From assembly GCA_951406725.2 (NCBI GenBank), contig OX597815.1:19344001-19408000 (forward strand): a DNA stretch of 64,000 bases, read 5' to 3'. Below, piece by piece: positions 55,707-64,000 of this stretch (its first letter is position 1; every line of letters starts with the position of its first letter). This DNA comes from Octopus vulgaris. Its lineage: Eukaryota. The notes beneath the pieces were generated by a model. That model searched no databases. It was given only the letters and a program-made list of their open reading frames with translations, and had not been told where the DNA came from. Position numbers and translations under genes: made by a program.

Positions 55707-58013
55707 TTAAGAAGTTTGTATTTAACTACTTAGCAATGTCCCTTCCAAGGGAACGAGAGAAACTGCACGGAACTTAATATAATATATTCTTTTAGTATCA
55801 GGATTATTAATCTGGAATTGAATTATGAAGTATTATTAATCTTACTGATTCATTTTATTATGCTACATAGGACTTATTAATATCACAGGAAATCTCTCAT
55901 AAACACCCCTTTCAGTCAATTAAGTTTTTGAGGATACATAGCAAAATAAATTCTGTTATATATGCATGTATGATGGATCGAGGCAAGCTTTTCATGTGCT
56001 TGTATTAATTTCGTAATTCATCTTGTATTCAAATATAATGGATTTTGATAAGACTCCACTTAAATGCTATTAAGAGAGCAGAACGGATTTTATAGTGTAC
56101 TGATACATCTACATCATTTATATTTTACTCAGTTCAAGTTAAAACCCTAAAATATGAAATATGTATTGCACATTAAACTATATAGGCGTATGTCTATCGG
56201 CGAACAGAAAAGTTTCCGAATCGTATATCAATCTATAATTACATTATCGTCATTCTCAAAATTACCATCCGGATAGAAATTATTGCATTATCGTTTTAAT
56301 TATCAATTATCGTAATCTGCATTGGTAGAAATACGATGATATTAAAGTATTCGGGCAAAAAAAACTGCTGTTTATAATTTAGACAACAGCATATTGTTAC
56401 TGTAATTCAGCCCTGAAATAATCTTGACCTTGGAGACTTTTGTTCAAAGGTGTTACGAACTGAACCATCCAAGAGTCGTATATCTAATCCTAGATTATTT
56501 GGATGTGATTTGAATGATATTTGGTAGCAACTAAGTAAATCTACAAGGTGTTCAACATATTGCTTACCTATAAGTCAAACATTCAGAAATGTACGAAAGT
56601 ATGAAGGAGCCTCGATAAAGTCTTGCATGAAGCGGCGACCAAAATCTGCTGCATATTAAAGCTGTCTTTACAGGAATCACCAGATAAAGTATTCTTGATG
56701 ATGTCGAAATGTCCTTGAGAATAGGTTTGTTCAATTACAGTAGGCTTAGGACAAAGGATATTAAAAACAAAACATTTGTTTTAAATTTAATATTTTCCTC
56801 AGTACACCTTTTCTAAATATGCAAATCATACTGCTCTAAAATCTTTGTAACTATTTCTCAACCTGTCTATTGATAAATGTGAACACGATAAAACTATAAC
56901 TAATGCTTCCCTGATGAGGTTTCATAAAGCCGTAACTCTCATCTTACTTGCTGAAAGAGATCATATTTTTCTGCTAATTACGAAATTTAAATTTTTCACG
57001 AAGATAAACCCTAATTACTTGAAACTGTATTCTTTTTAGAGTTTCCGAAAACTGCCATCAGTATTTTTGTTTATGTTTTTTTTTCACCAAATCGACGGCA
57101 AATTTAGATGCATCAAATATTTTGTGGTACATCATTAAGAACTGCACCACCAACTCAAGCTCTGTGTGAGTGCGTATGTGTGTTTGTATGTGTATGCGTT
57201 TGTATGTGTGTGTGTGCGTGCGTGCGTGCATGTGCCGTGTGTGCGTGCACGACATATCTTCCGCTGCAGAGATTCCACATACAAGTTACAGTTAAACGAG
57301 AGCCTAATATATAAGATTCTTTCTCAAGTTGTCTCGCGATGGACTCCAATCCGGAATCATACAGCCGTGGGGCGAACGTTTAACAATATACTCATGCTTG
57401 ACCAGTATATTGTTTATTATCACCGAAAGGCTTTAACTGAGGATGTTGAGTGTTTATCTAAATTTATCAGATCATTTTGCCCATCGTTTTCTAGATTTTA
57501 TTAACCCACCGCGCTGAAAATTAATTCGTAATGATTAGTATAGCATACTTATGATCATTCATGAACATAAATAAGAATTTATATGTCTATACAATGGGCA
57601 GTCTTGTCATACCTTTGAAATATGTATTAGTAATAATTGTTATAGAATAACCATGAATGTAAGCGGTAATATATTTCTCTATGAAGTAGGCAGAGCGTAG
57701 TTACATGGTTGAAATCTTTATTACACACTACTCCCATGTACTATTAATATCTCTCTGTGATCATTTTAGAATTGACAATGATTATTGGAGATTACATGTC
57801 ATCTTCACATCAGACGATAAATTACTGTTGTTATCGCTTAGCTGTAAGTCAACCTTGATCGAGCAAACCAATTATCAAAAACATTCCAGCCATGGCTATC
57901 CCGTCTGTTCAGTTACAGTTTATCCAATGATACATTGGATTTTAGATGACAGTTGAGTGTACAATAAGGGAACATTTTGGATGGTGCTTCTAGCGTATCG
58001 AAATACCGCACAA

Positions 58014-58261
58014 GGCGCATGGCTCAGTGGTTAGAGCATCGAGCTTACGATCGTGAGGTTGTGAGTTCGAATCCAGGACCGCGCTGTGTATTGTGTTCTT
58101 GAGCAAGACACTTTATTTCATGTTGCTCCAGTCCATTCAGCAGTAGAAATGAGTTGCGACGTCACAGGTGCCAAGCTGTATCAGCCTTTCCCTTGGATAA
58201 CACTGGTGGCGTGGAGAGGAGAGGCCGGTATGTACGGGCGACTGCTGGTCTTCCATAAACA
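58014..58261 (+). mobile_element. tRNA-derived SINE family D
   Basis: A box tggctcagtgg, B box gagttcgaatcc, then tgtgttcttgagcaagacactt (CORE/V-type central motif); 3' end uncertain. Confidence 0.85.
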
Positions 58262-58698
58262 TACATATATGATAATTGATTACGGAAGCATAAGATGGAT
58301 TTGGTATTAGTCTTTATTCCGTACGACGATCGCTTCGACCCATCCTGCGACTGTCCTTTATAGGTGGGATGTTGTGCATCATATTGTGTTGCATCGGTTT
58401 TGTAGTCTGCGTCACGTGACGTACATGCATACATAAAGAGTTCAGGCAGCCATGTTGATATTTGCACGCTTCATTAGGGAATGGTGCTTTGCTACACTTC
58501 TCATTATGTTAAATATTCATAACAAATAGTTGTAAATAATTGTAAATATAAACGTATAAGCCCTAGAAAAGAGAAGAAAATATACAAGAGAAAGGGTATG
58601 GGAAAGAAATATAGATAGGGGGAGACCTGTTAAATAAGAATTAGATTGCATTATATACACACACATATACACCCAAACACATATGTATGTCCATATAA

Positions 58699-58754
<56 letters not shown>

Positions 58755-59770
58755 ATATATATATATATAAAACACGCGCGCACACACACAAACCCACACA
58801 CACACACACACACATGTATATATAAACAAAAATAAGTTCAAATTGTCAGTAGCATGTATTATCAACAACATAGACAAATATGAGTATGTCAAATACCATA
58901 CACAATTGACTAGTGGTTGATTGAAAACATTTCCACCTGTAGAGGATGCATCATAATTACGATATAATAATAAAGAACACCACCATTTGAGTAAAAGATG
59001 ATCTCAAGAATCAAAAATTCTCCAAAGTTTACGTTAAGGGAAAGGATAGGCGTTTCGTTGAGAGATAAAAGGACAGTCTGTACAAGTGATTAACCCTGCT
59101 TCAGGATAATAGTTGTCAACCATTTGCGGTTGGAAAACCTGATAAGAAAATTAGAATACACTTATGACCTAAGTAATTTGCATAAATTAAAAAAAACATG
59201 GGCAAAGAGAAAATTCGAATGACCGACAGCATGTATTAATATAGACAAATACAGGTATGTGAAATATCAACCAACAATTGTTTGCTGATGACGTCTGTTG
59301 AGTCAGAAATACGTGTATACGACTATCCGCTTATCTCCAGACACAAAGGCTGTCCTTTTCCTTAATCACGTATCAACTTTGGAGAATTCTTGAATCTAAA
59401 TTGTACCTCCCATTCTCAAAGGGGATCTGATCTTGATCGCCATTTGGCAAGTATGATACATCTTCAAGTGTCAGAGATAATATTAATAAATAAATACATA
59501 ATGTATGTTGTATAATACCTGATGTAAATTTATTTGTGAATCAGCATACATATACATGCTGCACACACACACAGACATACACACACACACACACACACAA
59601 ACACAAACACATAAGCTGTAGAAAAGGGAAGAAAATATACAAGATAACGTACAAACACACACATATAGAAACATCGAAAATAAAAAATAAATAAGAAGAT
59701 AAAAAGTTAAAAACGCATACATAGAATGTATTAGCTTGGAGCTCAGTATAAGATGGAAAAAAGAGTTAGT

Positions 59771-59806
59771 GTATGACGTTTCGAAAATGGTTCTTCGTCA
59801 GAAAGA
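59771..59806 (-). ncRNA. minimal hammerhead motif, canonical core, weak helix I
   Basis: Minus strand cttt CTGACGA a gaa ccatt ttc GAAA C GTC atac. Confidence 0.55.
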
Positions 59807-60479
59807 GGAAAAACGTCCAGATAATATGAACGTCATTTCTGTATCACAGATAACGTATATATGTCAATGACAAGCATGACTGTAGTTATGATTACAAACA
59901 TTATCTTCACAAACGCGTTGTGTTGAAAGCACAATCTATCAGAGTGAGACGAACACCGACCCAGTACTGAACAGCCTATCAATGTTGTAAATACGCTAAA
60001 TAGGATATACAGGTGACGTTTATAATATATCGCTGTTTCAATTATGTACACCGAGTCTATTTTGAGAAGGCAAATTTACGTAGTCTCAGCAATTGTATTA
60101 TTCATTGCTTGCTATATATTGGTGACAGACTCCGTTCACGTATGTGACTACCCCATTCAAAGGGCGTGGCACGTCTAACACTCCTGAGACACGTCTAACA
60201 CTTCCAGCTGCTGCTGCTGCTGGGACGATATTCATTTTCTTCCGATATATATTGTGTTTTTAACACGGCTTTATGAAGAGATTTTTTCTCAGACAAAAAC
60301 CACAGTATCATTCTTGTCAATGACGCATAAATTTTCGATATGATAAACAGATGGCCTTTATAATAAAAATTTGCTTGGATTTGTTTGGATTGTGTGCACT
60401 GATAATTATAGATATCTAGTTTCACTTCTTCAAATTTAATCCGACATCTACATATACACATGTGTGTATGTGTGTGACA

Positions 60480-60514
<35 letters not shown>

Positions 60515-60516
<2 letters not shown>

Positions 60517-60675
60517 CGAAGCTGTGTGGTAAGAAGCTTCCTTCCCAACCGTATGGTTCTGGACTCAGTCCCGCAACGTCGCGACTTGAGCAGGTGCAAT
60601 CTACTATAGCCTCGGCATCACCGAAGCCTTTTGAGTGGTTATAGTAGACGGAAATTGAAAGAAGCCTGCCGTATA

Positions 60676-60706
<31 letters not shown>

Positions 60707-60940
60707 GTGTGTACGTGCGTGTGTGTGCCTGTGTCTGTGTGTCTGCGAGTTTGTGTTTATCCCTCCACGTCCACTTGACAACCGGTGTTGGTGCCCCCCC
60801 CCCGTAATCTAGCGGTTCGACAAAAGAGAAGAATAAATAAGTAATAGGCTTCCGTTTATAGGGTCAATTTGTTCGATGAAACCTTTCAAGGCGGTGCTCC
60901 AGAATGGCCGCATTCAAATGACTGAAATATTTAAAAGAAT
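60515..60940 (+). mobile_element. SINE family B, diverged, internal (TG)n
   Basis: gctgtgtggtaagaagcttc...gtagacggaaattgaaagaagcc...ttgacaaccggtgttggtg...ggcggtgctccagaatggccgcattcaaatgactgaaa. Confidence 0.85.
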
Positions 60941-61334
60941 ATATATGGACTCAATCACACTTAAATCATCATTATTACATTTATTCAGCAGATTTTAAAG
61001 AAGGTAATGTCTTCTCTTTAATTATATTTTCTTTTTAGGTAAAGGTTGCTTATTTAAACCAACTCGATCGAATTTAATATTTTTGATCGTATACACATGC
61101 ACATCTATACACAAGCACAATCACTTACGCACGCACATGCGTGCATAAACACACGCACATACACACACCCATACTTCCGTTTATAGGTTAACTGAACAAT
61201 ATGCTTTAAAAATAAAAATGAAAAATAACAAATCCACCTAGAATTGCCTATATACTTTGCTCTCACTGTCTGAGAAAACTCATTGGAAATCTGGCTGACG
61301 TGTCTTTCATTAAAAAGCAAAACCACTCCCTTAA

Positions 61335-61556
61335 CCTTTTAGCATTTGAACAGGCTATATCTAGCACAAATATATTCTACCTTGTTTTATGTTCAAACTC
61401 GCCACATTCAGCCCCTCACACCGAAAATACAGTATCATTCTAAACATAAACAATCACATGATCAAAATCCCGAAGCTATGAGATTGTGCATGATTTAATT
61501 CAAAGCAGTGTGAATAAATAAGTATTACATATCACAGTAATCAGAATGCTACAGGG
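61335..61556. mobile_element. TTAA-flanked MITE (piggyBac-like), 222 bp
   Basis: ttaa|ccttttagcatt ... aatgctacaggg|ttaa; imperfect TIRs starting CC, TTAA at 61331-34 and 61557-60. Confidence 0.8.
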
Positions 61557-63276
61557 TTAATTCCAGCGCAAACAACGGCTTCAACTTTGTTATACTGATC
61601 TGTAATTCAATGCTTCTCCTACTCAACTACCATGGCCTTTCCTCTGATGATAGTTCTATACTGACACTATTCCTTCCTTAACCAGCAGCTTCACACATTC
61701 TTACTTTAACTTACATTACTATAATTACCATAGTTATTTATCAATATTTGTTTTAAATATATTTTTCCTACTACTTAAATTTCCTTCATATATCATATCG
61801 ATGATTCTTTTCTGCTGAATGTATAATTTCAGCTATGATGTTGCCTATTTTACGATTTTAATAAGATCTCTGCTAAATCCTTCATTATAGTAAATGATAA
61901 AAATGGGCAGATGCATGGATGGTCTTATTCGGTTACGAAGAAGCAACAGGTCAATGAACGCACGCAGATGTTTTTCATATTACTCAATTCATTAATGTAG
62001 CAAGGCCATTTATAGAAAGAGTGGAGTCCTGTGTTAAGCGCTGTACAAAATGATCAGTTCTCTACCATTATATTCTAAATTTAAATGCTGCAGAATTTAA
62101 TTTCACTATTCACCGTTCATTTCTAGAGAGTTATCGAATACTCTGAAGTCAGTTCTGTTAAATGTCGCTTTGCGAAGTTTCATTGTGGCAGGTGAGAATA
62201 GATGAAGATTTTATATGCTATGCATTATTTTATATGCTACACAACTGCTTCATCATTTACACCGTAATATATTTCTTTATTCTCTCTCATATGGGTACAA
62301 GTATAGTTGTGTTGTTAAGAAGCTAACTTTGCAATTACGTAGTTTTGTATTTAATTTTATTGCTATATAACGTAGGCAATTATCTTTTATAATAGCATCG
62401 TGTTACCAAAGCATTGTGAGAGAAATTTGATAGATGGTAACTATTTGGATGCCTGCAGATGGGAAATTCTTATAATTCGATTATAGATTTAATCCGTCAA
62501 CCAGTTTCACCCTTCTGCCTAATTCTTGTTCTTTGTAAAATCCGTTACGTCCCATGTATTTGGCTTCAGGATTAAGGATAAATTCTTTTCTTTCACTCAT
62601 CAGTCCCTGAGGCCCTGGAGAAAGGTTATAGGGATTACTCTTCATCCTCTATATAAACTATAAACATGTGTGTATAGGCGATTGTTTGCGTTACAACAAA
62701 TAGTTTATCCACTTTCAGTTTTATCTGTAAACGGTAGAAATTGTTGGAAGCTATAACACATAATTTAGAAGATATATATTTGTTTTCCTGCAAATTTCGT
62801 ATTCAACACTTAAGATGTCCACTTTGATTTATAGTTCTGAGTTTTAGTACTTTTCAAAAATTATTATTAGCTAAGATTTTGAACTCTGTTCTTTCTACAA
62901 CCTTTTCAGCATATTATAGTTTTATATAGCTGTTTACCATCTTGCTCGTTCAGTTTTTATCACGAAAAATATTGCTTCTTGAAGTAATCGTAAAATAGTA
63001 ATCTATTTTATTTTATAATTTTACAAAGTTTTTATCCTATCTGCGATTACAATAAAAATGTCATTCAATGTTTATAATAATATAATAATTTTAAAAAATA
63101 TAGTTGTTTCTGTAAAATACTTAGTTTATTTCGCGCTTTTAGTAAGGTTTTGTAATTCTTCAAATTCTTTATCATTGTTCATTTTAAAACTAAATTTCGC
63201 ACATAAGAGCGTCTTTAGAGAAAGAAAACATCGCTTCAGGTCATTCCACAGTTTCGATAAATTCTCTCTCCCCTAG

Positions 63277-63876
63277 CGCGGCGTGCTGGCAGAAACGTTA
63301 GCACGCTGGACGAAATGCTTTGCGGTATTTCGTCTTCCGTTACGTTCTGAGTTCAAATTCCGCCGAGGTCCACTTTGCCTTTCATCCTTTCGGGGTCGAT
63401 AAATTAAGTACCAGCTACGCACTGGGGTCGATGTAATCGACTTAATACCTATGTCTGTCCTTGTTTGTCCGCTCTGTGTTTAGCCCCTTGTGGGTAGTAA
63501 AGAAATAGGTATTTCGTCTGCCGCTACGTTCTGAGTTCAAATTCCGCCGAGATCGACTTTGCCGTTCATCCATCCGGGGTCGATTAAATAAGTACCAGCT
63601 AAGCACTTGGGTCGATATAGTCGACTTAATCCGTCTGTCAGTCCTTGTTTGTCCTCTCTGTCTTTAGTCCCTTGTGGGTAGTAAAGAAATAGGTGTTTCG
63701 CCTGCCGTTACATTCTGAGTTCAAATTCCGCCGAGGTCGACTTTGCCTTTCATCCTTTCGGGGTCGATTAAATAAATACCAGTTACACATTCTGGTCGAT
63801 GTAATCTACTTAATCCGTTTATCTGAACTTGTTTGTTCCCTCTATGTTTAGCCACCTGTGGGCAATAAAGAGGTAA
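63277..63876 (+). mobile_element. SINE family A with three 184-bp units, 16-bp TSD
   Basis: Units start at 63324, 63508 and 63692; TSD ataaattctctctccc at 63257-63272 and 63877-63892. Confidence 0.95.
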
Positions 63877-64000
63877 ATAAATTCTCTCTCCCTCTGAGTG
63901 TGTGTGTGTTTGTGGGTGTGTTCAAGCGTTGAGTTCATAAATTTAGGTTTTTACTTTTTTATGAATGTATATCATCCTTTGACTATTTATTCAAGAACTG

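Noticed and set aside
56905-56945. Hammerhead-like CTGATGA ggttt..aagcc GTAAC
   Set aside because: GAAA is mutated and no helix III or helix I can be drawn.
58014-58085. tRNA gene (likewise the heads at 6017 and 39563)
   Set aside because: No proper acceptor stem, and each runs directly into SINE body sequence.

Overview
Very AT-rich eukaryotic non-coding DNA (intron or intergenic) that is dense in microsatellites. The repeat content looks like a coleoid cephalopod, most likely Octopus; this is recognised from memory, not from a search. I find no intact protein-coding gene, and the supplied ORFs are microsatellite or repeat artefacts. Supported content: several tRNA-derived SINE families (some with clear TSDs), a TA-flanked Tc2-like MITE, a TTAA-flanked piggyBac-like MITE, a rearranged R4/Dong-type non-LTR fragment, and decayed hAT and RTE/RT remnants. 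The main signal is about ten minimal type-I hammerhead-ribozyme (HHR) motifs from several unrelated short repeat families of the Penelope-like (PLE) pseudo-LTR type, mostly next to microsatellites and often in head-to-head inversions. Three stand out: (i) a motif with an apparently compensatory G3-C8 core (GUGAACA instead of CUGANGA) at 54910-54959, (ii) a CCGACGA variant on the opposite strand about 90 bp away, and (iii) a tRNA-headed SINE-like element whose tail carries an HHR (39295-39553). All folds were derived by eye and no activity has been tested.
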